DNA of 64,000 bases from Deltaproteobacteria bacterium (lineage in GTDB: Bacteria > Bdellovibrionota > UBA1018 > UBA923): contig JACPKS010000001.1 in the NCBI GenBank assembly GCA_016186905.1, positions 2,804 through 66,803 of the forward strand. The letters run 5' to 3'. This document shows, piece by piece, positions 1-10,208 of the stretch. Positions within the stretch are counted from its first letter, which is position 1. Every line of letters starts with the position of its first letter. Under the pieces are notes generated by a model. That model saw nothing but the letters and a program-made list of their open reading frames with translations, had not been told where the DNA came from and searched no databases. The position numbers and the translations under genes are program-made.

Positions 1-116
1 TTCACCGAAGAGGAGGGAGGCGAAGACCGAGAACCGGAAATTGACTGCTCACGACCAAGCTAGACGCTCGCAAACCTTTTGGACACCGTTACTGACCCTC
101 GTGTAGAGTCTTTAAA

Positions 117-401
117 GTGCAAATTAAACTTCTGAAGCGCGCCACCATAGCTATCGACAGTCTAGATCAACGAGACCAAAAAAAGGTCGCCAAGGCACTT
201 GAGTGGATGTCGGTCGAAAATCCTTTCAAATACAAGAATCCAAAAATTAGAAAACTACCGGTCCCAAATCTTTATAGCTTCGAGGTGTCTCGAGATTTAC
301 GAATGCTATTTGGCCGATCGGAAGATGGCAGTGCGATTGAGATTTTTGACATTGCCGACCACGACTCACTTAGTCACCTTGTCCGCCAAGGGGTTTCGTG
401 A
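117..401 (+). CDS. RelE/ParE-like small protein (putative toxin fold)
   Basis: 94 aa; pattern KIRKL...LYSFEVSRDLRMLF...IEIFDI resembles RelE/ParE; stop overlaps the next start (GTGA, 398-401). Confidence 0.55.
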   Translation: MQIKLLKRATIAIDSLDQRDQKKVAKALEWMSVENPFKYKNPKIRKLPVPNLYSFEVSRDLRMLFGRSEDGSAIEIFDIADHDSLSHLVRQGVS

Positions 402-605
402 TGTTGAAAAACCACCTTATAGACGGCCCACGCCTCAAGACACAGCTCGATGAATTTGAGGCCTTCTTGCTGAAGAACGCCGAGTTTGAGGAAAGAGCCG
501 CTCTCAAATTCTTCAAGCACAGGAAAGATCTAGTTGCCCTAATGGACAGGTATAACCTCCAATTAAAGAAATACGATCTTGTTGGGCGAGAACTTGGTGT
601 TGGCG

Positions 606-1838
606 TGACCTGCTCCCCGAAACGCTGCCACTCGTAAGTAGAGTCTTCCCGCGTTGGGTTTAAGCCACTAAGCTTGCTTTCGCTGCGAATTCTTCTGGGG
701 TTAAATTCCCAAGCGAACTATGCGGCCGTAATTTGTTGTAGTCTTCTCGCCACATCTCGATCAGAACTTTAGCGTCTTTGAGATTCGGGAACCAACAATC
801 GTTTAAGCATTCATCTCTGAACTTTCCGTTGAAGCTTTCGATGAACGCATTTTCAACGGGCTTGCCGGGTCTGATGTGGTCGAGTTTTACTTTGTTTTTA
901 AAAGCCCACTCATCGAGAGCCTGGCCAGTGAATTCGGGGCCATTATCGATGACGATCGTTTGTGGCAGCCCACGAAGGAAGGCAAGCCGTTCAAGAACTC
1001 GAACTACACGCTCGCCGGGAAGCGATGTATCGACCTCAATGGCGACGCATTCTCGCGAATAATCATCGACGATGTTGAGGCACCGAAACCTTCTGCCTGT
1101 GGGCCCGAGCTGATCGGAAACAAAATCCATGCTCCACCGTTGATTCGCCCGGATCGGCGTCGGCATCGGCACACGCGCAATCGACGCCATTCTTCGGCGC
1201 TTGCGGATCTTCAAAGAGAGCCTTTCCTCACGGTAAATGCGGTAGGTTCGTTTTTTATTCACGTTGAATCCTTCTCGTCTGATCAGTAAGTGAAGCCGCC
1301 TATAACCGAAGCGACGACGCAACTCGGCCAGTTCACGAAGCCTTGCTCGCAGTCCGTCGGGATCGATTCGCTTTGATTTTCTTTTACACGTTGAGCGCCA
1401 GAGTCTTGTCAGCCTGCACGCCCGTCGCTCACTCATGCCAAACTTTTGCATGAGTGCGGCGACGAGGGCTCGTTTTGCGGCAGGCTTTAGAGCTTTCCCG
1501 AGACGATGTCTTTAAGGGCGGTGTTATCGAGCGTGAGATCGGCGACCAGCCGCTTTAATTTACGGTTTTCATCGTCGAGGTGGCGCAATCTTTTGACTTC
1601 GCTAAGATCGATGCCGCCGAATTTTTTCTTCCAGTTGTAAATCGTAGCATCGCTTACACCGTACTTCCGGGTGAGTTCCTTGATCGGCATTCCAGCGTCG
1701 AGCTCCTTTAAGACCATGACCTTCTGTTCGTCCGAGTGTTTTTTGTACTTCACGGGTTGCTCCTTTGGGCAATTTTTTGCCCTTTTTAACACGGAGCGGC
1801 TCTAAGTAAAAATGGTCTCGTTTAAGGGGAGCAGGTCA
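606..1838 (-). mobile_element. IS3-family insertion sequence (IS407-like), 1233 bp
   Basis: Terminal IRs TGACCTGCTCCCC / GGGGAGCAGGTCA; 4-bp target duplication GGCG at 602-605 and 1839-1842; orfA + orfB. Confidence 0.95.
660..1753 (-). CDS. IS3 transposase OrfAB (orfA 1487-1753, orfB 660-1451; -1 frameshift)
   Basis: HTH orfA with GTG start and AAGGAG RBS; DDE orfB (WSMDF, DNGPEF, ESFNG); slippery G GGA AAG at 1493-1499 links orfA to the orfB frame. Confidence 0.92.
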
Positions 1839-2318
1839 GGCGGATTAGCACGTACGGATTTTGCGGTCGGTGATTCAACTTCTCGACACTTTGTTCTTGT
1901 CGAGTTCGAGAATGCCGTCGAGAATTCTGTTTTTAAAATTAAGAATAGAGACGCAAAGAAGCTTATCCCAGAATGGTCAGCTCGTTTCGAGCATGGATTT
2001 AGTCAGCTAGTGGATTGGACTTGGATCATGACAGAAAGCCGTCAGGCGCCGGTCATTAAAGCTGCCTTTCGGGGCGAAGTAAAAGGGTGGACCCTGCTTC
2101 TCGTTGCTGGAAGGAAAGGCAAGATCTCCTCTCAGGAACTCGAGAGACTTGAATGGCGAACAGCTCACGCCGCTGTACAAGGGCGCAAAGTACATCACGT
2201 AACCTTTGACGAGCTATACGAAGACCTCAGGGCCCGAGCACATCAGGCTCCGCTCGTCTAAAACGAATAAACTTTGGCGATCACTTTCTGAGGCTCTGCC
2301 CTCAGCCGCCATTCAACA

Positions 2319-2714
2319 TTAAAGCGCCAGTGGTCCTTCACTTTTCCGCTGGGGATCGTTAGGAAAAGTGCAAAATGTAGTGGTACTTTGAGAGATAGCC
2401 TTGGACTCTTTGCCGGGCGCGTTCCCTCGTTCGTGCACGATAATGTCAGGGCGAACCGTCTTCACCTTTGGAGCGGAATAGACTTCCTCCCGACCTCGAC
2501 CTAGCGGCAGCTTCTTGGTTTCTTTCCCATCCAAACCGTATTCAGTGTCTACGTCCCATCCGGGAAACAGCGTTTCTAAATATACAGAGATGCGCTGAGC
2601 CAAATTCCATTCTGTGGCCTGGTTGGTAAGCAGGTGCTCATCTTTAGCGACCAGAGTACCTAACGCTTCTATGAGCTTCTTCTCGAGGGAATCGAATTTT
2701 TCGATTGGCGGCAT
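2319..2714 (-). pseudogene. PD-(D/E)xK-like nuclease fragment, probably 3'-truncated
   Basis: WDVDTEY...RPDIIVHERG motif with no following E-x-K strand; C-terminus looks non-native. Confidence 0.45.
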
Positions 2715-2867
2715 ATTGAAATTTTGTGGCCGTACTCGTATTGCGTCAATGCGGGGCTGAAATCAGCGTTGTATGCGAAATGGATATCCATTTCCCGAAT
2801 TTTGAAAGCGAAACACCCGGTTTTTCTTTTGCAAATTCAGATCATTGGCTATAGTTGAGTGTAAGAG

Positions 2868-3467
2868 ATGGCTACTGCGTCGCAAAAATCTACTCGCATC
2901 TTAGATGAGCACATTCGCAGTGCGCTGCTATCGCGGCTTCACGCCGAACACTCGCATGACTCTGATGTTCGGATAATAGAGGAATTGGGCGTGTGCCAAG
3001 GAAGCTCGCGCGTTGATGTTGCTCTTGTGAACGGCTCAATTCATGGCTTCGAGATCAAAAGTGCGAGCGATGACCTATCGAGACTTCCAACCCAAATCGA
3101 TCTCTACGGAAGGGTTTTTGATACCGTTACAGTTGTCGTTAGCCCATGCCATCTTCGAGACGCCAGAGCCATAATCCCGAAGTGGTGGGGAATTTCTATA
3201 GCTCAAGAGTCATCCGAAGAGCTTTCATTGCGAACCATTCGTAAGCCGAAAAAAAATCCACAAAAGGATGCTTTCTATCTGGCACAACTCCTCTGGAAGG
3301 ACGAGGCCCTAGATGTCCTTCGTCAGGTTGGACAGTGCAAAGGCCTAGTTAGTAAGCCTCGAGAAGTGATCTGGAAAAAGATTTCCGAGGTTCTGTCGCT
3401 AAAAGAAGTTTCAGAGGTTGTACGAAAGCAGCTGAAGACTAGGCCACATTGGCGAGCTGCTCAGTAA
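2868..3467 (+). CDS. sce7726-family protein (PD-(D/E)xK-like)
   Basis: EEL...SRVDVALVNG..HGFEIKS..DDLSRLPTQ...Y..VFD...WWGI motifs. Confidence 0.8.
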   Translation: MATASQKSTRILDEHIRSALLSRLHAEHSHDSDVRIIEELGVCQGSSRVDVALVNGSIHGFEIKSASDDLSRLPTQIDLYGRVFDTVTVVVSPCHLRDARAIIPKWWGISIAQESSEELSLRTIRKPKKNPQKDAFYLAQLLWKDEALDVLRQVGQCKGLVSKPREVIWKKISEVLSLKEVSEVVRKQLKTRPHWRAAQ

Positions 3468-4539
3468 CAAAACAGATGTGATGATTTGTATCGATACAAA
3501 TCCACATCTCCAAATTGCCTGGGCCAACCTTCTTTGCGGCGCACTTCGTTACATATTCATCGCCCCAGCTAAAATCTGCGCCGAGAAACTCTGTCATCTT
3601 GATAAGCTCTTTTGAGAGCGAATGGTATTGAAGTCCCTTTTCACCCGTTTTGAAGCTCGTTCCTTTCACAATGATCCACTCATTTTCGGTCGTGTACCGA
3701 ATCTTTCCACCCATTGTAAATTTTCGCGGATCGAACTCCAGTGAGTCGGGATGAGTAATGCCATAGTCTCCAAGGCTCGGCTGGCGAGGCAGATCCTTTT
3801 TCTTTTTCTGCAACTTACTCCAAACACTAAATTCATGACGCCTCAGTCGCGAGATCGATTTGCGTTCGATTCCCTGCATGGTTTGCGGAAATCCTGACCC
3901 CGCTACAGTTAACGACCGCCAGTCGTTTGGAGAAAACAGATTACATATAAAGTCCTCAGACGTTTCAACCGCTTTATCAACGCCCGCGCCCTCGATGGCT
4001 TTGTGATCCAAGATTAGAAAGCACTCCTTCGGAGAAACTCCGATGGTATTCAGCAACTTCTCAAGAAGCGGCATCGTGTCGCTGTAGTTTTCGATATCAT
4101 CTGCCAAGAGTCGAATGCCCACATTGCAACCCTTAGTTCTCGCAACGAAACCCTTAACGGCAAGGTTGTACTCCTTATCACGATCGAGACCAGTAACCGG
4201 ATAAGGATTGCTGCCCTGTGCGGAAAGCGCGTCGAGCAAATAACGAAAATAGTGCTTCTGTCCAGAAACGCGCGCTTCGAGAGGAATGTCCGTCGTATCC
4301 AAAAGAAGAGGCGCGTCACCAAGTGCCTTTACGATTTTTTCCGCAGACTGCTTTAGATGTTCCTCGAGCGAACACTTAAGAACACCTGTTGGAGAGTTCT
4401 TGGGAAAAACGAGTGGAACTCGTTGGATGTCGAGGAGTGGCAGAATTCTTTCCCTTACGTCGTCCGAGAGACGCATAAGCGCAGAAAGTTCACCTCTCTT
4501 GCCCTTTAGGATGGGGATATAGTGTTTATGGTTATACAT
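3439..4539 (-). CDS. beta-family protein (T4 beta-like / sce7725-related)
   Basis: N-terminal YIPILKGKRGELSAL; GDYGI..P, KIRYT, FSWGD and C-terminal TNHHI motifs. Confidence 0.8.
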   Translation of the reverse strand: MYNHKHYIPILKGKRGELSALMRLSDDVRERILPLLDIQRVPLVFPKNSPTGVLKCSLEEHLKQSAEKIVKALGDAPLLLDTTDIPLEARVSGQKHYFRYLLDALSAQGSNPYPVTGLDRDKEYNLAVKGFVARTKGCNVGIRLLADDIENYSDTMPLLEKLLNTIGVSPKECFLILDHKAIEGAGVDKAVETSEDFICNLFSPNDWRSLTVAGSGFPQTMQGIERKSISRLRRHEFSVWSKLQKKKKDLPRQPSLGDYGITHPDSLEFDPRKFTMGGKIRYTTENEWIIVKGTSFKTGEKGLQYHSLSKELIKMTEFLGADFSWGDEYVTKCAAKKVGPGNLEMWICIDTNHHICFVTEQLANVA

Positions 4540-5779
4540 CTGCTGCCTCCGCAGAAGACTCTTCTGAACTCCAAGAGGTCTCTGGAAAAAGTCTTCGGAC
4601 TTCGCCGTGTCCGATTAGATTATTCAATATCGTAAAGTTTTTTGCTTCGTATCTAATCCGTCCAGCCACAATTGCAGGGTGAATTTCGAGTTTTTTTGCA
4701 AACTCAATTACCGCTTCATGCGTCCTCTGTCGAAATGCAACGCTTCTTGTCCAGATGGCACGAGGAATTAGTGTCTCTCTAGTTATTCGATCCGCTTCCT
4801 TTTCATAGGGATCGTCACTCGCATCAATGTCGAGATCGTCAAAGAAAGTTCTATCTGAATCCTTTAAATGTTTTCCGACGTGAACCAACTCATGAATCAA
4901 GTTGTACCAAAACGCATCAATACGATCATAACGAAGAGTAAGACCAACAACCGGATAGCCTCGACGAGAAAGAATGGCTGCGCCGTCTAGGCGGGTTTTG
5001 GGAAGATGCGGCTCAATCAGCAAAATGATTCCGTGTTTTGCTAAAAGCTCCCTGGCAAGTAGTGGCCCCTGACTAAAATGGCTGAGCCTTACTACTTTAG
5101 ATAGAAACTCTTCGTCGATCAGCTTGGGATTGAACTCATTGGGAACACTTACTGTGTCGGCTCGCAGTAAGATGCGCGCCGTCCAAGCAAATAGGGCGTA
5201 TTTGTCCATTTCCTTGCCCGAACGCTCGTGCACAGATTTACGCCATTTTGCGGGAGCAGGGATAAATCCATTTAGCGGTTTTAAAAAATCCGAAATAAGA
5301 CTCTGAGCTGCCGCCTTGAGATTGCTGCTTTTTGTTGAAATCCATCCCCGACGCGCCATCTCGCGCAGAGGAAACTTTTCATACTCTAATCCGGCAGAGT
5401 CTGACTTTTCTGTTTGTTTAAGAAGTATGTCGGCAGGAATTCCTAATCCCGAATTCAGTGCGCGGATCATTTGCAAAGTGAGAGAACGACGTCCCGATAG
5501 AACTTCGGAAACCTTGCTTCGACTTCCAATGTAAGGAACGAGGTCTCCCTGGCTCAGGCTCTGTTCTTCCATTCTAAAGCGAATGGCCTCAATGGGGTCT
5601 GGGGTGCGAAACTCGAAACGCTTCTGTTCATAGTTTTGAACAAGCATCGAAAGAAGCGCAAGGCTGTCGCCCTCAGGTGAGCCCTTCTTCGGGTCGAGCT
5701 CAACAAGGCGTTCGATTTCTGCAAGGTATTCACGATACTGATTTTCGGAAGTAATAAGTTTAGTTTTCATAAGAATCAC
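4532..5779 (-). CDS. higA: HigA-type HTH antitoxin fused to ImmA/IrrE (M78) metallopeptidase
   Basis: PDPIEAIRFRMEE..LSQ.DL...SKVSEVLSGRRSLTLQMI HTH; HELVH zinc motif followed by E.EAD. Confidence 0.85.
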   Translation of the reverse strand: MILMKTKLITSENQYREYLAEIERLVELDPKKGSPEGDSLALLSMLVQNYEQKRFEFRTPDPIEAIRFRMEEQSLSQGDLVPYIGSRSKVSEVLSGRRSLTLQMIRALNSGLGIPADILLKQTEKSDSAGLEYEKFPLREMARRGWISTKSSNLKAAAQSLISDFLKPLNGFIPAPAKWRKSVHERSGKEMDKYALFAWTARILLRADTVSVPNEFNPKLIDEEFLSKVVRLSHFSQGPLLARELLAKHGIILLIEPHLPKTRLDGAAILSRRGYPVVGLTLRYDRIDAFWYNLIHELVHVGKHLKDSDRTFFDDLDIDASDDPYEKEADRITRETLIPRAIWTRSVAFRQRTHEAVIEFAKKLEIHPAIVAGRIRYEAKNFTILNNLIGHGEVRRLFPETSWSSEESSAEAADV

Positions 5780-5782
5780 CAG

Positions 5783-6079
5783 TTACCGAGCAGCGTTACG
5801 TTTGTCGTATTCACCGTGAGTTCCTACCCACTTGACGACCACCGTTCCGATGTTGAAAGAGACCTGCACCTCCAAGCGATACGAGTTTCCCTTCACATTA
5901 AAAATTACAACTCTGTTGGCCAAGAAGCTGGCCGACGCATATCGCGCCTTGATATCCTGTGGACCCTTCCATTTGGTGTTCTCATCCGTAACTTCGGCAA
6001 TCCATGCCTCCACCCAGCTACGAGTATCGGCGTGCTTTCTAACGAAAGCGTCTAAGCGTTCACGTCCAACAAGTTGCAT
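5783..6079 (-). CDS. higB: HigB-family mRNA interferase toxin
   Basis: RVVIFNVKGNSYRL...WVGTHGEYD signature; toxin-first gene order. Confidence 0.88.
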   Translation of the reverse strand: MQLVGRERLDAFVRKHADTRSWVEAWIAEVTDENTKWKGPQDIKARYASASFLANRVVIFNVKGNSYRLEVQVSFNIGTVVVKWVGTHGEYDKRNAAR

Positions 6080-6117
6080 GACCCTTTTCCTACTCTTCGC
6101 CTTAACTCATGTTTTAC

Positions 6118-6171
6118 ATTATACCCTGTTCCCAAAATGGGATCAAGACAAATGTTCCCATAATGGGAACA
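6118..6171 (-). promoter_or_regulatory. sigma70 promoter of the higB operon with two palindromic operators
   Basis: Minus-strand TTGATC-17 nt-TATAAT (6146-6118); operators TGTTCCCAAAATGGGATCA (6127-6145) and perfect TGTTCCCAT-A-ATGGGAACA (6153-6171). Confidence 0.8.
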
Positions 6172-6328
6172 TCTAACAAAAATCAACCGGGCGGGCAATG
6201 CTATTTTTTGCCAATAAGACCATTGGGTTACCTAGAGAGCGGGTGTCATTTTGCTGGTTTTGCCGGGAAAATCAACGTTTTACTGGAAACCCTTGCCTGT
6301 GCTAGTTGTCCGGCGAATCGGGGGCTCA

Positions 6329-6799
6329 ATGGATTTCTTTGAAAAAGAATGCGTACATCGCTGGAAGGCAAACGGTCTGCCTCGAAAGGGCTGGGAACTG
6401 GTCGACGTCGAGGACACCGGGGACCTCACTTCGGAATGTGAATGGTGCGGAACTAGCATTCGCTACGTTCACCATATAGTCCATAAGACTCAGGGGCACC
6501 GGTCGACGTGTGGCTGCGTTTGCGGAGAAAACCTCACGCAGGACTACGTCGGCCATCGCGCAAAGGAAAAGATGCTGCGAAAGACCGCCAGCATGTCGAA
6601 GCGCTGGCTCACAAGTCCAAGATGGCGTCAGAGCGAAAGGGGTAACATCTACAGACGGGATCAGGCCGTGCAGGTGTTGCTCTATAAGAAGGGTGCAAAT
6701 TGGGGCATCAAGGTCGGCGAGGATTGGGGAACAAGAACTTATCCAAGTCTAGACCAAGCCAAGATAGCTGCGTTACGCCTTCTCAATGAACGCCCCTAA
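6329..6799 (+). CDS. hypothetical Zn-binding protein
   Basis: CEWCG..IRYVHH...CGCVC motif; ATG 6329 chosen as start. Confidence 0.65.
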   Translation: MDFFEKECVHRWKANGLPRKGWELVDVEDTGDLTSECEWCGTSIRYVHHIVHKTQGHRSTCGCVCGENLTQDYVGHRAKEKMLRKTASMSKRWLTSPRWRQSERGNIYRRDQAVQVLLYKKGANWGIKVGEDWGTRTYPSLDQAKIAALRLLNERP

Positions 6800-6974
6800 T
6801 GAGAGGCACGCGATATTCTGACTCAGCCACCGCTCAGCCAAAACTCAGCTCACAACGCTTATAACGGCTGATCCCGAGTGACGGTTCCCTTGGAGCGACG
6901 CCGGTAAACTCCCGACGCCATTAGTTTTTGATTTTGGATTGTTACTGCGATTTACGAGAAAGCCCGAATTGTAA

Positions 6975-7068
<94 letters not shown>

Positions 7069-7390
7069 GCTGAAGGATTTACGACGGATTCTCAGTGGCT
7101 AGCATACGCGCAGTTTCCCGTCCACTTCCGAGGGCGAACGAAAAAGGTGTTCGAGAACGACAGATCACCGAGAGGCATCGCGAGTCTGTCTGAAAAATCG
7201 CCGGACCTCATTATTCCGCGCGTTTCAAATGGACATTCATAATGTTGACTATTTCGATTTAGTAAAGAAAAAAACTGTAGACAACCATCTACACTATTTT
7301 GTATTTAACTTGCAATTATAACTAGTTAACTCAATATAGTGTCTGACTATACTGCTTTGCAAAAACGCCTAAAAATGATAGAACCCTCCC

Positions 7391-8089
7391 ATGCCGCTTT
7401 TGCGCTCACTCCGCAATCTTCTGGGACTCGCTTTGATCCTGACGTTCTGTTCAGCGGCGCAAGCCCAAGAGATGGTCCACGTGGGAGCAGGCGAACCAAC
7501 ACTTCCGCTGGATCTTCGTGGAAAAATCCTCGAAGACCGCCGCACGGGAGACGAGCTTCTTCTTCTGTGCACCCACGCCGACGATCAGGGCATCTGCCGC
7601 CGCATGCGATTCGCTCTCGAGACTCGCGAAGGACAAGACGAATGGATCGGACCGGAATACGACTTCGATGACATCCACCATTTCAGTCAGGACGCGAGCG
7701 GCGTGCTTCCGCGACAGGAGCGCGAAGAGCTGCCGCGTTTTTTCAGCGTGACCGAAAAGACCGTTCACTTGATCGCGAAACACGAGGTCGCGGGCATGAT
7801 GGGATTCTGGATCGTCGGAGGCGCAGGAATGTGCGTCTTCAACGTGGGAAGCGCCTTGTTTTTCACCGCGCCGGCGATCGTGCTCGGCGCGGACGTCGCC
7901 AAAGCGCCGTTCGTATACGGCGGCATCGGGCTCAAGCGGCTCGTCCAACATCTCGCCCTCCGCATGAAAGAACGCCAGATCGAGCGTGGACTGCAAGACA
8001 TTCTCGCCAAGCAGTGGAACCGCGTAGTGCCTCGAAGGATTCCGCATCGCAGGTTCCAGCGAATCGTGGAGGCCATCCGTGCTTCGTAA
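7391..8089 (+). CDS. secreted/membrane hypothetical protein
   Basis: Signal peptide and central hydrophobic segment; paralogous to the next gene. Confidence 0.7.
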   Translation: MPLLRSLRNLLGLALILTFCSAAQAQEMVHVGAGEPTLPLDLRGKILEDRRTGDELLLLCTHADDQGICRRMRFALETREGQDEWIGPEYDFDDIHHFSQDASGVLPRQEREELPRFFSVTEKTVHLIAKHEVAGMMGFWIVGGAGMCVFNVGSALFFTAPAIVLGADVAKAPFVYGGIGLKRLVQHLALRMKERQIERGLQDILAKQWNRVVPRRIPHRRFQRIVEAIRAS

Positions 8090-8696
8090 ACTTTCCGCGC
8101 TCATCCCTTTGCTGCTGGCCACGCGGGCCGCGCTCGCCTCCAATGCCTACGACCAGGCCGCGCAAGCCGTCGAGGATCGCCGAACCGGAGACCAGATCGT
8201 GCTTCTCTGCGAGCAGCGCGAGGGCGATCAGGGCTGCGCGCGCTTTCGGTTTTACTCGTTCCCGAACGGCCTTTCGGATTACCGCAAACCGATCTCCAAA
8301 ACGTTTGAACAGCCGGAACTCGCGCGCCTCGCGCGCGACGCGTCCGCGGCGTTCCCGGCTCCGCCTCATTCCCGCCCGCGTTTTTACGGCCTGGCCAGTG
8401 CCGTAGCCGACGAGATGTCTCAACTGGACGACGGTTCCCCTGTCCCCTATCTCGTCGGGATCCCGTTCTACGTCATCGCGGGATTCGTGGACATCGTGAA
8501 GTCGCCCTTCCTTTTCGCCGGCGACGCCATCGTCCATGGGACACGCATTGCCCGAATCCACCGCGACGAGCGGCGTTTCGAAGCGACGATTGAATCCACG
8601 ACGTACGAACACAAGAAACTCAACTGGTCGATCTCGAGCTTCGTGATCGGGCACCGGCGCTTTCTGAAACTCCGATCCGTGCTCGAACGGCTTTGA
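8079..8696 (+). CDS. secreted/membrane hypothetical protein (paralog of 7391-8089)
   Basis: Shares EDRRTGD...LLC...DQG.C.R.RF and D..K.PF motifs with the upstream gene. Confidence 0.7.
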   Translation: MLRKLSALIPLLLATRAALASNAYDQAAQAVEDRRTGDQIVLLCEQREGDQGCARFRFYSFPNGLSDYRKPISKTFEQPELARLARDASAAFPAPPHSRPRFYGLASAVADEMSQLDDGSPVPYLVGIPFYVIAGFVDIVKSPFLFAGDAIVHGTRIARIHRDERRFEATIESTTYEHKKLNWSISSFVIGHRRFLKLRSVLERL

Positions 8697-8804
8697 GGAT
8701 TGCGGCCGCCATTTGACGTTTTGCCGGCAAGAGCTGCCTAGTCGCGCACGCAAAAGACCGCTGAGACCCTTCTGGAGCGCGGCAACACGGACGATACAAA
8801 TAGT

Positions 8805-10208
8805 ATGGGTCTTCCCCTGCAAACACCCGTTGAAGCGCGGCTGGAAACCTCGCCGCTGTGCGAATGCATCGAGCGGATTCTTGCCGCCTCCCGCGAGCTC
8901 GGGGCTTCGATCACCACGGACGAAGCCGAAAAAATGGCGTTTTTGGTCGCCAACGCCATGTCCACCCGCAATCGCGACTTTCACGACCTCGAGCACGCGT
9001 TGGCCATCTCTAGCGCGCGCACGGCGATCGGAAAATTAGCGGGGCTCTTCCATGACGTCGTCTATGTGCAGATCGACCGCGCAAGGCTTCCGGAGCTTAG
9101 CGCTCTCATCGCTCCTTGCATTCCGTCCGAAGAACTCTCGCTCAAGCTCACCGCGACTCTGCTCCGCGACAAAGACATCGCCACCCTCGCGACCGTCTTC
9201 GGCTTTAAAAAAGGCGTGGTAATCGGGCCATCGAGCGGGATCAACGAATTCTTAAGCGCGCTTGCGGCGTGGCGCGCGCTTAAGAAACACCTCAGGGCGC
9301 GCGATCTGCTGGGGATCGTCGCCTGCATCGAAGCGACCATTCCTTTCCGAACGCCGGCCGGCGACTGCCTCACCGCGGAGCTTGGCGCGCGCCTTCTCGC
9401 GGCGGGAAAAGCCGTAGGCGAAGACCTTCCCGCGCCGTTCGTCGAAAAAATTCTCAAAGCCGCGGTTGAGGTCGCGAATCAAGACGTCAGCGGATTCGCC
9501 GCGAGCGATCAGGGTCTCTTCGTCCATCAAAGCTGGGCGCTGTTGTACGAAACCAATCCCGAGCTTCAGCGAAGGTTTTACACGCTGGATGGCTACATGG
9601 TCGCCATTCACAAGATGGATTCGTTTTTCAATGCGTTGAACGCCCCGAACGTCTTCCGCCACTACAAAGGTTTTCCGGCACAAGAAAATTACGCCGTTCT
9701 TTTCGATCGCGCGAGCTCCAACATCGCCGTCGGAAAACAATACACGGCGGTCAAACTCATCGAGGCGGCTCTTCTCACGGCGATCGCGGAGCAGACCGGC
9801 GGCCCGGTGCCCGCCGACTATTTTTACGGCGCGCGTCCGCGCTCGCGCGAAGCCAGGCACGCGAGACTCGAGGACGGTCTGCCGCCGATCCACGAGCTGC
9901 GGCCCTCGGCCCTGATCTATCCCGCGACTTGGCGCCTGCTGATCGAAGGACGCACCCATCGCTCCCGCTTCGACAATAAATCCTCGTACCTCGGCGCGTT
10001 CATCATTTCGAAGCTAAACGACGGCCGGGAGTTCAAGAATCTTTACGCGGCCGCCAAGGGGTACGCATCAGGCAAGAGCTCGCGCGCGACGTTGCTGGCG
10101 GAAATACCGCGGACCGTGCTCGCGCCCGTGCTCGACGCGCTCGCGCTGGTCGCGCCAGGGCGCAAAGACGCTTTCGCCCGGCTCAAACCGGCTCAAACTG
10201 CGCGGTAA
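8805..10208 (+). CDS. HD-superfamily-like hypothetical protein
   Basis: FHDLEH...AGLFHDVVY motif; 467-aa ORF. Confidence 0.55.
   Translation: MGLPLQTPVEARLETSPLCECIERILAASRELGASITTDEAEKMAFLVANAMSTRNRDFHDLEHALAISSARTAIGKLAGLFHDVVYVQIDRARLPELSALIAPCIPSEELSLKLTATLLRDKDIATLATVFGFKKGVVIGPSSGINEFLSALAAWRALKKHLRARDLLGIVACIEATIPFRTPAGDCLTAELGARLLAAGKAVGEDLPAPFVEKILKAAVEVANQDVSGFAASDQGLFVHQSWALLYETNPELQRRFYTLDGYMVAIHKMDSFFNALNAPNVFRHYKGFPAQENYAVLFDRASSNIAVGKQYTAVKLIEAALLTAIAEQTGGPVPADYFYGARPRSREARHARLEDGLPPIHELRPSALIYPATWRLLIEGRTHRSRFDNKSSYLGAFIISKLNDGREFKNLYAAAKGYASGKSSRATLLAEIPRTVLAPVLDALALVAPGRKDAFARLKPAQTAR

Larger units (their letters stand above)
398..2261 (+). pseudogene. Shedu (SduA/DUF4263)-like nuclease, 208 aa when reconstituted, interrupted by IS3
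   Basis: Removing the IS (606-1838) and one GGCG copy joins ...RELGVG to GLARTDF...VLVEFE...FSQLVDW...LLVAGR...TFDEL in frame; motifs typical of DUF4263. Confidence 0.75.

Noticed and set aside
2294-2313. CTCTGCCCTCAGCCGCCATT as a tRNA-Ser att duplicate
   Set aside because: Weak match and opposite orientation to the tRNA.
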